64,000 bases of DNA. Origin: Patescibacteria group bacterium. Lineage in GTDB: Bacteria; Patescibacteriota; Minisyncoccia; Phycocordibacterales; CAIRYW01. The DNA is taken from assembly GCA_040389185.1 (NCBI GenBank), contig JAZKAJ010000019.1:15523-79522 (forward strand). Reading direction: 5' to 3'. The translations under genes were made by a program, and so were the position numbers. A model generated the notes under the pieces. The model was not told the DNA's origin and made no database searches. It saw nothing but the letters and a program-made list of their open reading frames with translations. Below are positions 1 through 10,892 of the stretch, one piece after another (position 1 is the stretch's first letter; every line of letters starts with the position of its first letter).

Positions 1-153
1 ATACCATATTTGTCTCCAATAGCTTCGAGAGTTTGTTTTGCAGGATCTGTTCCTAGTCCATACCGGCTAACAAGTACTTGTCGTGCTCTCTCTGGGAGTG
101 CCTGAAGGAGCTTTTTTGTGACTATTTTTGGCTTAAATGAAAGATTTGGCATA
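1..153 (-). CDS. partial CDS, N-terminal 51 codons; sigma-70 region-4-like HTH motif (LPERARQVLVSRYGL...TLEAIG); gene continues beyond the window start
   Basis: ATG at 153 on the minus strand with an open frame running to position 1. The motif resembles a sigma-factor region 4 HTH. Confidence 0.3.
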
Positions 154-219
154 ATTTGTTTGGTTTATATACTACTTTTTATCATTATTATGGTATAAAG
201 TCAAGCTTTTCAACAATTC

Positions 220-3105
220 CTAAATAACTATATTTATCAAGCGATTTTTGACCACAATCACCCGCTTTATTTGACTCTTCCCCACAAATTCGGCTACTTT
301 TGGATTTTCGAGAGCCAGATCCTTTGCTGCCTCGTCGTCAATATCTCTGTCAATAGAGAGTTCAGCTTTTATTTTTCCGTTCACTTGCACTACGACTGTT
401 ACCTTTTCTGATTTGAGATACTCTTCTTTGTATGTTGGCCACTTCCCTTTAAATATTGTTTGTTTATTTCCAAGATTTTTCCAAATCTCTTCTGTCATAT
501 GGGGGGCAAAGACCGAAAGAAGAACGAGGAATGATTCGTAACTTTTCTTTGTAATCGATTTTGATTCGTAGACTGTGTTTACAAATATCATCATTGTAGA
601 AACTGCGGTGTTAAAAGAAAATGTTTCAATATCCTCACCTACTTTTTTGATTGTTTTATGGAGTGTTACTGTCACTTCCTCATTTTCTTTCTTTGAAATA
701 AAATCCTGCATCGCCCATACTCGCTCGAGAAATCTTCTTGTACCTACAATACCTTTATCATTCCATGCCACCTGCGCTCCGTGAGGTCCAAGAAACATCA
801 TATAAAGTCTTGTGGTATCTGCTCCGTAGATTTTGATTACATCATCAGGGTTCACTACATTACCCCGACTCTTACTCATCTTTTCTCCGTCAGGACCCAA
901 AATAATTCCATGAGGCACTCGTTTTTTGTATGGTTCTTTGACTGACACCAACTTTCGATCATAAAGAAATAGGTTCCAGAATCGAGAATAGAGAAGGTGA
1001 AGTGTTGTATGTTCCATTCCTCCAAAATAAAGATCAACAGGTGACCAATATTTTTGAGCTTTAAGACTTGAGACTTCTTTTTTATTTTTTGCATCCATAT
1101 ATCGAAGCCAGTACCAAGAACTTCCCGCCCACTGTGGCATTGTGTTTGTTTCTCGTTTTGCCTTACCTTTACACTTGGGACATTTTACGTTGACCCATTT
1201 GTCGATTGCAGCGAGCGGAGATTCTCCTGTACCTGTCGGTTCATAGTTTTTGACCTCTGGAAGCTTCACTGGAAGATCTTTGTCGGCTACAGGTACAATT
1301 CCACATTTTGGACAATGTACAAGCGGAATCGGTTCACCCCAATATCGCTGTCGTGAAAATACCCAGTCTCGAAGTTTGTATTTTGTAACTGTCTTTCCGT
1401 TTACAAATTCAACAATTTTATTTTTAGCTTCAGTTGTTGTAAGTCCATTGAACTTATCTGAATTTACAAGGAGACCTTCTTCTGTAATAGGTTTATCTTT
1501 TTCAAATCGCTCAAAGATAAGGTCCATTTCTGCATGGTTGAAGAATGTTTTTTTAAGATCTTGTGCAGGTACCCAAATGAGTGAATGCTTCTCCTCCTCT
1601 TCAGCAGTAATTTCATTTTGAAGAGGTGAGGTAAGCTCACAAAGCATAGTCCATGTATGCGCCACTCTGTTTACATCTTTGTGAGCTGCAAAGAAATGAG
1701 ATTCTACCGGTCCAACAATTGTTCGGACAAATTTCAAATCCTGAAATCCTGTTTCTTCTTTTATTTCTCGAAGAGCTGCTTCTTCTGGAGTCTCACCTTC
1801 TTCGATTCCACCAGTTACAAAAGTAGTCCACGGCTGCTGTTTCCATTTGAGTGTGAGATATGAGTCAGCTTTTGGATCTCGAAGAATTGCAATAACCCCT
1901 TTTCTAAAAGTTATTTCTTTACCAACTCGGTGAGGGTTGCCATTGTCTACTCTCTTTGGAGCAATGACATTTTTAATTTCAAGATGATACTTCTTTGCAA
2001 ACTCAAAATCTCTCTCGTCATGTGCAGGTACTGCCATAATAGCCCCAGTACCATATCCGCCAAGCACATAATCAGCCACGAACATTGGAATTTCTTCACC
2101 GTTTGCAGGATTAATGGCTTTTACACCCTTGAGTTCGACTCCTGTTTTTTCTTTATCGAGTGCACTTCGCTCAATATCTGTCTTTGCTTTAACTTTTTCG
2201 AGATATGCTTTGACCTCTTCTTTGTTTTCCAAAACATCATGATTGTTATCGGTCGCCAAAGTCACCCAGAGATGCTCAGGGGCAAGCACAAGATAAGTCA
2301 CACCAAAAAGTGTATCTGCTCGAGTAGTGAACGCTTTAATATGCGCACCTTTACCGTCCGGACCTTTGTTTAGGTTGGCACTTGGATCTTTTATAAATCT
2401 CAAATCAAAATCGATTTCTGCCCCTTCAGATTTACCGATCCAATTCTCTTGCTGGATTTTCACTGGTTCTGGCCATTCTGGAAGATCTGTGAGTCCTTCG
2501 AGAAGCTTTTCTGCATAGTCTGTGATCTTTAGATACCACTGTCTGAGATTTTTCTTCTCGACTGTCGTTCCACATCGTTCACACTTTCCATCAATCACCT
2601 CTTCGTTCGCAAGACCAGTCTTGTCTTTTGGACACCAATTTACTTCTCCAAACTTTTCGTATGCGAGTCCTGTTTTATAGAATTCGAGAAAAAGTTTCTG
2701 AGTCCATTTGTAATATTCTGGATCAGTAGTATTTATTTCCCGAGACCAGTCGTACCCAGTGCCCCATGAAAGAAGCTGTTTTTTTGCATTTGCTATATTT
2801 TTTGCTGTTGAAACTTTTGGATGGACTTTGTTTTTGATTGCAAAGTTTTCTGCCGGAAGTCCGAATGCATCCCATCCAATTGGATACATTGCATTAAATC
2901 CACGGAGTTTAAAATATTTTGTTGTGACATCTCCAGCAATAAAAGGTCGCATATGACCCATATGAAGTCCTGCTCCAGATGGGAAGGGAAATTCTACCAA
3001 AACCAGCTTTTTCTTTCCGTTATTGTTTTTTACTTCAAACGTTTTCTTTTTTAACCATTCAGCCTGCCATGCTTTTTCTATTTTTTTAGGATCGTAATTT
3101 TTCAT
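220..3105 (-). CDS. leuS: leucyl-tRNA synthetase (961 aa) carrying an embedded Nudix domain (about residues 398-535)
   Basis: HMGH and KMSKS class I signatures are present. The editing region has TTRADT and AVPAHD, and the anticodon-binding C-terminus is present. A Nudix box GGIEEGETPEEAALREIKEETGF lies at nt 1744-1812. Confidence 0.95.
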   Translation of the reverse strand: MKNYDPKKIEKAWQAEWLKKKTFEVKNNNGKKKLVLVEFPFPSGAGLHMGHMRPFIAGDVTTKYFKLRGFNAMYPIGWDAFGLPAENFAIKNKVHPKVSTAKNIANAKKQLLSWGTGYDWSREINTTDPEYYKWTQKLFLEFYKTGLAYEKFGEVNWCPKDKTGLANEEVIDGKCERCGTTVEKKNLRQWYLKITDYAEKLLEGLTDLPEWPEPVKIQQENWIGKSEGAEIDFDLRFIKDPSANLNKGPDGKGAHIKAFTTRADTLFGVTYLVLAPEHLWVTLATDNNHDVLENKEEVKAYLEKVKAKTDIERSALDKEKTGVELKGVKAINPANGEEIPMFVADYVLGGYGTGAIMAVPAHDERDFEFAKKYHLEIKNVIAPKRVDNGNPHRVGKEITFRKGVIAILRDPKADSYLTLKWKQQPWTTFVTGGIEEGETPEEAALREIKEETGFQDLKFVRTIVGPVESHFFAAHKDVNRVAHTWTMLCELTSPLQNEITAEEEEKHSLIWVPAQDLKKTFFNHAEMDLIFERFEKDKPITEEGLLVNSDKFNGLTTTEAKNKIVEFVNGKTVTKYKLRDWVFSRQRYWGEPIPLVHCPKCGIVPVADKDLPVKLPEVKNYEPTGTGESPLAAIDKWVNVKCPKCKGKAKRETNTMPQWAGSSWYWLRYMDAKNKKEVSSLKAQKYWSPVDLYFGGMEHTTLHLLYSRFWNLFLYDRKLVSVKEPYKKRVPHGIILGPDGEKMSKSRGNVVNPDDVIKIYGADTTRLYMMFLGPHGAQVAWNDKGIVGTRRFLERVWAMQDFISKKENEEVTVTLHKTIKKVGEDIETFSFNTAVSTMMIFVNTVYESKSITKKSYESFLVLLSVFAPHMTEEIWKNLGNKQTIFKGKWPTYKEEYLKSEKVTVVVQVNGKIKAELSIDRDIDDEAAKDLALENPKVAEFVGKSQIKRVIVVKNRLINIVI

Positions 3106-3335
3106 TTTTTAATATTATATTTATTGAATTTTAACATCTTAACGTAGTCAAAATATTATTTGGAAAGACTTCGCAGGCGGGTAGCCGAGACCGAGCAAAA
3201 TTTCAACAGAAATTTATGCGGGCTTTCCAAATAGTGTTTTGCGGAGTCTTTTTTGGGTCGTATACTGCCGGTTTTTTTGGATTTCATTTTAAAATATTCG
3301 TGATTGATTTGGTGTATTATACAACAAAATATAAG

Positions 3336-3376
3336 AAAAGCGAAGCACGCCATTCTGGCGTGCTTCGCTTGTTTTG
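3336..3376 (-). terminator. rho-independent terminator hairpin (agcgaagcacgcca/tggcgtgcttcgct), with a T-run on the minus strand
   Basis: Perfect 14-bp inverted repeat downstream of the 3388..4299 gene. Confidence 0.6.
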
Positions 3377-3387
3377 TCTCAAGAGCG

Positions 3388-4299
3388 CTATTTTGTATTA
3401 ATCAGAGGATATTTTTGTGGATCAATGTTTCGCGCAAAACAAGTTCTCTCCGCACCATGCTGCCAACTTTCATCACCATTCATTGCATACACGGCTTTTA
3501 CCTGATTATTATCTGATACAGTTTTGAAATCTGCACATACTTCAAAAGATAACTTTCCAGTTGTTCTGTATTCATACCCTTTCAAAGTCTCTGGATCAAG
3601 TGGAATCATATTGCCTGAAAGAGGATCCACCATATCACTCAAAACTCCTGGCAACACTCCCTTTTGTTGATAGTAATTCACAACCTGATATTGCAGATTG
3701 CTTAGATCATTCACTCTTTGTGAGTCAAAGTTAACATCGCGCTGATGCTTTGGCGAACCAATCATCACAAATCCAATAATAATTGAAAGTAGAACTATGA
3801 TAGATACTGTCGTTGCCCAGACCTTTGATCTCTTTGGATCTTCGTTGAAGTATCCTTTAAGATCCTTGAGGCAATATGTAAATATTGCGCCCGCGACCAC
3901 GAATACAGAAAGCACCTTGAGAAGAAATCCTGTTGTAAAGTCGAGTCCCGCAAGGAATGAATTAATAAGAACGATCGCATCACCTGCAATTGTTGCCCCA
4001 GTTAAAGCAAGTGTGAAATAAATAATCCACTTTCGAAGCTTACCTTCTTTGAATTCAATATTTTCTGTAATGAAATTTCGATATACTCGACTAAGCCAGA
4101 TAAAGAGCGGAAATACGACAATGAGTGTTGAGATGGAGAATCTAATGGCAGAAGTATCTGGGTAATAGTCTAATACTTGAGGAAATACATTGTTGATAAC
4201 AGAGAAAAGAAATACCAAGAAACTAATCGCAGAGATATAGAGTGTTGCGAAGATGCCGATTTGAATAAAGAAATTCTTTGGGGCTTGTGAGGACTGCAT
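3388..4299 (-). CDS. multi-pass membrane protein with a C-terminal soluble domain (DUF5671-like family common in Patescibacteria; assignment by recall)
   Basis: 303-aa ORF with four or more hydrophobic helices and then a hydrophilic tail. Confidence 0.6.
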   Translation of the reverse strand: MQSSQAPKNFFIQIGIFATLYISAISFLVFLFSVINNVFPQVLDYYPDTSAIRFSISTLIVVFPLFIWLSRVYRNFITENIEFKEGKLRKWIIYFTLALTGATIAGDAIVLINSFLAGLDFTTGFLLKVLSVFVVAGAIFTYCLKDLKGYFNEDPKRSKVWATTVSIIVLLSIIIGFVMIGSPKHQRDVNFDSQRVNDLSNLQYQVVNYYQQKGVLPGVLSDMVDPLSGNMIPLDPETLKGYEYRTTGKLSFEVCADFKTVSDNNQVKAVYAMNGDESWQHGAERTCFARNIDPQKYPLINTK

Positions 4300-4375
4300 A
4301 AATAATTAAGTAATTAGTAATAATGTAACTAATATAAATTATATAATGGAAATCTATATATAGAAAGACAACGAA

Positions 4376-4467
4376 TTTCCCCTCCCCTTGAGACGAAGGG
4401 GAGGTTGGGAGGGGTTTGAGTTTAATATCAGAACACCCCTCAGCCCCCCCCTTCATCTGAAGTGGGG
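4376..4467. repeat. GC-rich palindromic intergenic repeat, copy 1 (cccctcccc..ggggagg hairpin plus the core ggggaggttgggaggggtttgagttt)
   Basis: The 26-nt core is shared with 24704-24730. Both copies lie between two tandem minus-strand genes. Confidence 0.6.
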
Positions 4468-4487
4468 ATGAAATGCAAAATCAATAA

Positions 4488-4880
4488 TTATGAATTTTGA
4501 CGCAATGCAATTTTCAAAACAGGAATTATACCTTTTTGATGAAATCCCAATTCAAGTTTTTCAATCTCATCTATTGTCATCCATTGCATTGCTAGACCCT
4601 CATTAAGTTTTGGCTCTTGAGTTGAATTAATTTTACAAACATAAACTTTATCAGCTCCATCATTATAATCCATCAGATAATTACATTGATCGAGTTTTAA
4701 ATTCAAATCATATTCTTCTTTAATTTCTCTTAGCAGAGTTGTTTCATAATCTTCACCTTCTTCAGTTTCTCCGCCTGGCAAACACCACATAAACGGAAAT
4801 CGTTTACAGTTCCCATCTCGCTGCTGCATAAGAATCTTTTTATCACGAACCAAAGCAAAGATTACTCCAGTTTTTTGCAT
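4488..4880 (-). CDS. Nudix hydrolase (MutT-like)
   Basis: Nudix box GGETEEGEDYETTLLREIKEEYDL. Confidence 0.8.
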   Translation of the reverse strand: MQKTGVIFALVRDKKILMQQRDGNCKRFPFMWCLPGGETEEGEDYETTLLREIKEEYDLNLKLDQCNYLMDYNDGADKVYVCKINSTQEPKLNEGLAMQWMTIDEIEKLELGFHQKGIIPVLKIALRQNS

Positions 4881-4883
4881 ATT

Positions 4884-5981
4884 TTATACTCTAAATTCCA
4901 TCACATCCCCGTCCTTCACTATATATTCCTTCCCTTCTGTTCGGAGCCACCCTTTTTCTCGAGCATTACCGAAGCTTCCCGCTTCGAGTAGTTTGTTCCA
5001 CTCGATTACTTCTGCTCGAATGAATTTATCTTTAAAGTCGTTGTGAATTGCGGTTCCTGCAATAGGTGCTGTTGAATTCTTGGCGATAGTCCATGCCCGC
5101 GTCTCTACTTCTCCTGTCGTAAAGAATGTCTCAAGTCCCAAAAGGTCGTAACCTTTTTTAATGAGTGTATTGATACCGTCATCATTTGATCCGAGTTCAC
5201 TTCGAAACATTGCTTTTTCTTCTCCTTCGAAATCCTTGAGTTCATGCTCAACACCTGCATCCACGATACAATATCCTGCCTTTGAAGTTTTAATAAAATC
5301 CATGAGTTTGTTCCATCGCTCATCTTTCATTTCATCAAGGTTTGTTCCACCTGCTTTTTTGTTGAGTACATACATGATCGGTTTGAGTGTAAGAAGCGCC
5401 AAACTTTTGAGTGAGAATCTTTCTTCATCTGTAAGTTCTGCGTCGGTTGCGAGCTGACCATTTGCAAGAACCTTCAACACCTTGTCGAGAGTTTCTTTGA
5501 CTTTAATTGCTTCTTTGTCTCCTCGCTTCACATCCTTTTCAATAGTTCCGATTCTTTTTGATACTGTTTCATGATCTGCGAGCACGAGTTCGAGATTGAT
5601 GACGCCGATATCTGATACAGGATCGATCTTGCCATCCACGTGGATCACATTACCGTCTTCAAAGATTCTAACAACTTCACAAATCGCATCCACCTCTCGA
5701 ATATGAGAGAGGAACTTGTTACCAAGACCTTCCCCTTCTGATGCACCTTTAACGAGTCCTGCAATATCTACAAATTCTACGATTGCCGGAACTGTTTTTT
5801 GGGTTTTTGAAAATGCTGCGAGTTTGTAGAGTCGTTCATCAGGCACCGGTACAACACCTACAGATGGATCTATAGTACAGAAAGGATAATTCTCGGCAGG
5901 CACAGACTTTTTAGTGAGTGCATTAAAGAGTGTTGATTTACCGACGTTTGGGAGACCTACGATTCCAATTGAAATTTGCAT
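4884..5981 (-). CDS. ychF: ribosome-binding ATPase YchF (Obg-family GTPase with a TGS domain)
   Basis: [16 protein letters not shown]-loop and a C-terminal TGS-like segment; 365 aa. Confidence 0.9.
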   Translation of the reverse strand: MQISIGIVGLPNVGKSTLFNALTKKSVPAENYPFCTIDPSVGVVPVPDERLYKLAAFSKTQKTVPAIVEFVDIAGLVKGASEGEGLGNKFLSHIREVDAICEVVRIFEDGNVIHVDGKIDPVSDIGVINLELVLADHETVSKRIGTIEKDVKRGDKEAIKVKETLDKVLKVLANGQLATDAELTDEERFSLKSLALLTLKPIMYVLNKKAGGTNLDEMKDERWNKLMDFIKTSKAGYCIVDAGVEHELKDFEGEEKAMFRSELGSNDDGINTLIKKGYDLLGLETFFTTGEVETRAWTIAKNSTAPIAGTAIHNDFKDKFIRAEVIEWNKLLEAGSFGNAREKGWLRTEGKEYIVKDGDVMEFRV

Positions 5982-6261
5982 CGGTTTAATATAGCAAACA
6001 AATAGATTGTTTCAAAGCAATTTGATATGATTTTAGCGATGAAAAATACATTCCACCCTGTTCTTTCAGTTCGTGTTCAAAGTGTCACGGCACCTTGCCC
6101 AGAGGAATGGCTCCGCCATATTTTGGAAGGATTTCCAGCAAAGACCTTTCACCGGCTTGCATCTCCAGTGGTCGATCTCACGACACAACGCCAATTGTTC
6201 ATCAGGTAATCTGAAATACGATAACCGCCAGTCTTGCAATAATGCGGGACTGGATTTTATT

Positions 6262-6741
6262 TTAGATTTCTTCCTTCGCGTGTTCCAAAGTAAGAATCAA
6301 ACGAGGCTCACCATTATCAAAATAATTTTCTTTTGTTTCACCTTTTTTAAATCCAGCCGATTCATAAAGTGCAACAGCGGCAGTATTATCAGGGTGAGTT
6401 ACAAGCCAGACTTTTATTGCATTTTTTAGATCATCTAAATCTAAAACTTGCGAAAGTGCGAACTTTCCTATTCCTTGACCCTGATATTTTTGATCTATAG
6501 TGAAAGTATTAAGGTATATACTTCCATCTTCATCTTTTCTATAAGATACAGCACCCACCGTCTCTCCGTTATGTCTTATCATAAGCACAGGACCTCGGGA
6601 CATTTCCTTTTCGAAATCAGTTACTGGAACATACGTTCTACCTGCTACCTCTTGTCCAATTCTAAGAAATGTTTCTTTGTCATTGGCAGTTGCCGCTTCC
6701 AATATTGGCATTTCTCTTATCTGTTCTTTTCCCTCTGTCAT
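6262..6741 (-). CDS. GNAT family N-acetyltransferase
   Basis: Q/RxxGxG/A-type motif QGQGIGKFAL; 159 aa. Confidence 0.7.
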   Translation of the reverse strand: MTEGKEQIREMPILEAATANDKETFLRIGQEVAGRTYVPVTDFEKEMSRGPVLMIRHNGETVGAVSYRKDEDGSIYLNTFTIDQKYQGQGIGKFALSQVLDLDDLKNAIKVWLVTHPDNTAAVALYESAGFKKGETKENYFDNGEPRLILTLEHAKEEI

Positions 6742-6756
6742 TTTAAATGTTTAAAA

Positions 6757-7662
6757 TTATTTCAAATACTTCTCAATATTCTTCAAATGCTCCGCATAAG
6801 TTTTTGAACAATATATTTGTCCTTTACTATGAAGATAATAAATACAATCAGTCTTTTGAGGATTCAAAGCTGCAGTTATTGCAGCGAGCCCTGGATTTGC
6901 GATTGGAGATGGTGGAAGTCCTTTATTTTGATATGTATTATATGGTGAATCTAATTTTTTGTCTTTTGATAGAACATCTGGCCACCAATCACCTTCCACA
7001 CCTTTCACATATTGGAGTGTCGCATCCATCTGAAGTGGCATACCTGCAAAAAGTCTGTTCCAAATAATCCCAGAAATGAGATTCATATCACTCTTGCCAG
7101 CCGCTTCTCGCTGAATTATTGATGCAATAGCAAGTACTCGATCGGTGCTAATCGTGCTTGTTGATATTCCACTTTTAACTTCAGCATAATTTTTGGCAAA
7201 TCTTTCATTCATCATTTGTTTGACCTCGGCGCCACTTGCATCTCGAGGAATGAGATAGACATCAGGATAATATTTGCCTTCAAATTTGTTTTGTCTAAAT
7301 TCATCATGCCCAAGAAAATCAGCAGTGTCAGTCGCATCCCATGCAAATTTATCATCAAGCGCAGACTCTATTTCCTCTTTCCGAAGCCCCTCTGCTACTT
7401 TGACATATCGCACTGTTGGATTGGCAAGCGCCTCATAAAATTCAGGATGAGAAAAATTATCGATAACATCAGCTACAAATTTCATTGTACTTTTATTGGA
7501 AAGTGTAAATGCAACACTAAAACCAATAAGTGTTGTGAAGAGGATTATGAAAACTACCTTAAAATGGAAACGAAATTTCATATTCTGATTATATGACATT
7601 TCCTTCCAAAAGAACACAATATTTGATACAGTAGTAATATTAAAACTAAAAGAAAAGATCAA
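6757..7662 (-). CDS. mltG: endolytic murein transglycosylase MltG/YceG family
   Basis: C-terminal SPYNTYQNKGLPPSPIANPG...YYLH motif and an N-terminal TM anchor. The true start may be an internal Met. Confidence 0.75.
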   Translation of the reverse strand: MIFSFSFNITTVSNIVFFWKEMSYNQNMKFRFHFKVVFIILFTTLIGFSVAFTLSNKSTMKFVADVIDNFSHPEFYEALANPTVRYVKVAEGLRKEEIESALDDKFAWDATDTADFLGHDEFRQNKFEGKYYPDVYLIPRDASGAEVKQMMNERFAKNYAEVKSGISTSTISTDRVLAIASIIQREAAGKSDMNLISGIIWNRLFAGMPLQMDATLQYVKGVEGDWWPDVLSKDKKLDSPYNTYQNKGLPPSPIANPGLAAITAALNPQKTDCIYYLHSKGQIYCSKTYAEHLKNIEKYLK

Positions 7663-7883
7663 TGTTCAAAGATTTTATAATGCGCAAAATGCTCGATAGA
7701 CAGCTCAAAGATGTTCCAGAAGACCAAAAGGAGAAGATAATGAAGCTTATTACAGAAAAGCCGGAATTATTCCAAAAGATCGCTCTCGAAGCACAGGAAA
7801 AAATGAAGCAAGGTAAAAGTCAGATGGATGCGATGATGGAAGTTGCAAAAGCTCACCAAGATGAATTAAAAGGTATACTATAA
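7662..7883 (+). CDS. small hypothetical protein (73 aa, helical, Lys/Glu-rich)
   Basis: ORF; its 3' end is duplicated in the remnant at 8990-9063. Confidence 0.5.
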   Translation: MFKDFIMRKMLDRQLKDVPEDQKEKIMKLITEKPELFQKIALEAQEKMKQGKSQMDAMMEVAKAHQDELKGIL

Positions 7884-7885
7884 AA

Positions 7886-8863
7886 ATGAAAATCAAAAAG
7901 AAGATTCTTTTGGGACTTATTGCACTAATTATTATTTGTCTTGTTTTTGTATATATCCCAAGAAGTATAAAACTAAATCCAACAGAATTAAGTGCCAATT
8001 GGAGTGACTATGAATTTCCAGAAGCTGGTTTTTCTTTTAAGTATCCAAAAGATGTCTTAGCAATATCAACAGAATTCTCACAACAGTCTGATTTACCAGG
8101 AGCACTTACTCTCAGAAAAGATGTTGCTGAACTTACATTTAAACCCCTGCAAAATACCAATATTACTTTAAATGAGTTTTCAAAAATTTTTTTTGCAAAC
8201 AACGAACACTGTAATTCGGTTACAAAAAAATACACCATAAATGATTCAATAGATGCAGAAGGTTTTGAGTGTGTTCAGGCTGAACTTGGAGCAAAAAACG
8301 AGACAACGTGGACAGTTATTATACTTAAAACCACTAATACCGCTTATGGTATTGCTTACAACAGCAATTCAGATAATCAGACCGAAAAAATATTTAAAGA
8401 AATCATTGCAAATTTTAAACCAATTCCAGTCACAAAAAAAGATGGTATAAAATACACTGATCCGGACAATTTGTTTACTCTAAACTATCCTGAGCATGGA
8501 TGGAAGATAATTGCAGGAAGAAGTCCAGTTTATTTTCCTGAGGGAAATGAAGACAGTATTGATGTTAATCTCTTTTCTACAGATTTAAAAACTGTAAGTA
8601 TTATGGCTATTAAAAATACTACTCTAGAAAAATATGAAAAATTTCAAAGAGGATCTATAGTAAACTGTGGACCAAAAAGTGAGTATTTTTTAAGCAAAAT
8701 GACTGGGTTAAAATGTACATACCAAGATGAAGATACTTACTTCTTTGAAAAAAATAATAATTTGTACTTTATAAAAATAGGAATTTTTCCACCTTCCGAT
8801 AAAGTAGATTTAGAAAATGACCCGGAAATAAAAAGCATATTGAATCATTTTATTATTCTTTAA
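7886..8863 (+). CDS. hypothetical membrane-anchored or secreted protein (325 aa)
   Basis: N-terminal TM/signal anchor (ILLGLIALIIICLVFVYI) and an internal two-module architecture. Confidence 0.6.
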   Translation: MKIKKKILLGLIALIIICLVFVYIPRSIKLNPTELSANWSDYEFPEAGFSFKYPKDVLAISTEFSQQSDLPGALTLRKDVAELTFKPLQNTNITLNEFSKIFFANNEHCNSVTKKYTINDSIDAEGFECVQAELGAKNETTWTVIILKTTNTAYGIAYNSNSDNQTEKIFKEIIANFKPIPVTKKDGIKYTDPDNLFTLNYPEHGWKIIAGRSPVYFPEGNEDSIDVNLFSTDLKTVSIMAIKNTTLEKYEKFQRGSIVNCGPKSEYFLSKMTGLKCTYQDEDTYFFEKNNNLYFIKIGIFPPSDKVDLENDPEIKSILNHFIIL

Positions 8864-8880
8864 TTATATAATCATTAAAA

Positions 8881-9063
8881 AACATGTCAGATATAAAAAC
8901 ATAGATCTCAAAGTTGAAGGTAAAAAGCGGATAGAATGGGCAGAGACCGCAAACCTTATGATCACACTTGAAGCTCAAGTGACGACAAACAAGACAAAAG
9001 CCAAATGGATGCAATGATGGAAGTTGAAAAGGCTCACCAGGATGAGCTTAAAGGAATTATGTA
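8881..9063 (+). pseudogene. mosaic remnant: the first ~58 nt of ahcY (stop at the 7th codon), then a second ahcY-like fragment, then the last ~65 nt of gene 7662..7883 in a different frame
   Basis: Direct sequence comparison with 9559-9617, 9715-9750 and 7820-7883 in this window. Confidence 0.7.
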
Positions 9064-9175
9064 GAAAGTGATGAACAAATCCAAAAAAGAGCAGCACCTT
9101 TCTGGTGTTGCTCTTTTTGACAATAAAAAATCCCAGTTCTTTTTAAAACGGGGATTTCATCGTTCATGATGAGAT

Positions 9176-9481
9176 TCAGAGCCATGCTCCTGTAAGAATA
9201 TCTTGCCAGAGTACACGGCTTGCACAATAGGTCCCATCCCAAAACGGTGCACATTCTGATCCACTACCGACATCACTAAAAGCATATGTACCCCAAGCTG
9301 AGTTGCGCTCCTCATTATGGCAAATAGCTCGAGACTCATCCTCTTTTAAGCGCAAGTTCTCGACTAAAAACTGTCGAGCCCTCTTTGCCCACGCAAGATC
9401 ATCGAACTGAAGGTAGGCGACACCATCACGAAGTTCATCATCATGATGAACAATAATAAAATAAAGAGCAAACTTGTTCAT
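9176..9481 (-). CDS. hypothetical protein (101 aa, Trp/Cys-containing, atypical composition)
   Basis: ORF only. Confidence 0.4.
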   Translation of the reverse strand: MNKFALYFIIVHHDDELRDGVAYLQFDDLAWAKRARQFLVENLRLKEDESRAICHNEERNSAWGTYAFSDVGSGSECAPFWDGTYCASRVLWQDILTGAWL

Positions 9482-9483
9482 AA

Positions 9484-10815
<1,332 letters not shown>

Positions 10816-10856
10816 ATTTGTAATCAAATTTAGAAGTATCCAAATAAAATTAAAAT

Positions 10857-10886
10857 GCACCGCGACCTCATATTGAAGTGCGGTGC
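10857..10886. terminator. bidirectional hairpin gcaccgc..gcggtgc; the T-run lies on the minus-strand side
   Basis: 7-bp GC stem. The same stem sequence recurs after atpB at 15985. Confidence 0.5.
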
Positions 10887-10892
10887 AAACCC

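Noticed and set aside
575-3054. Multiple plus-strand ORFs (575..784, 1250..1621, 1930..2373, 2821..3054 and others) inside leuS
   Set aside because: They are antisense to a strongly supported LeuS CDS and have low-complexity translations, so they are spurious. The same reasoning applies to antisense ORFs inside atpA, nrdA, gap, transketolase, ddl and uvrC.
3106-3387. T-box riboswitch upstream of leuS
   Set aside because: The conserved T-box sequence (AGGGTGGNACCGCG) and specifier/antiterminator arrangement were not found on the leuS strand.
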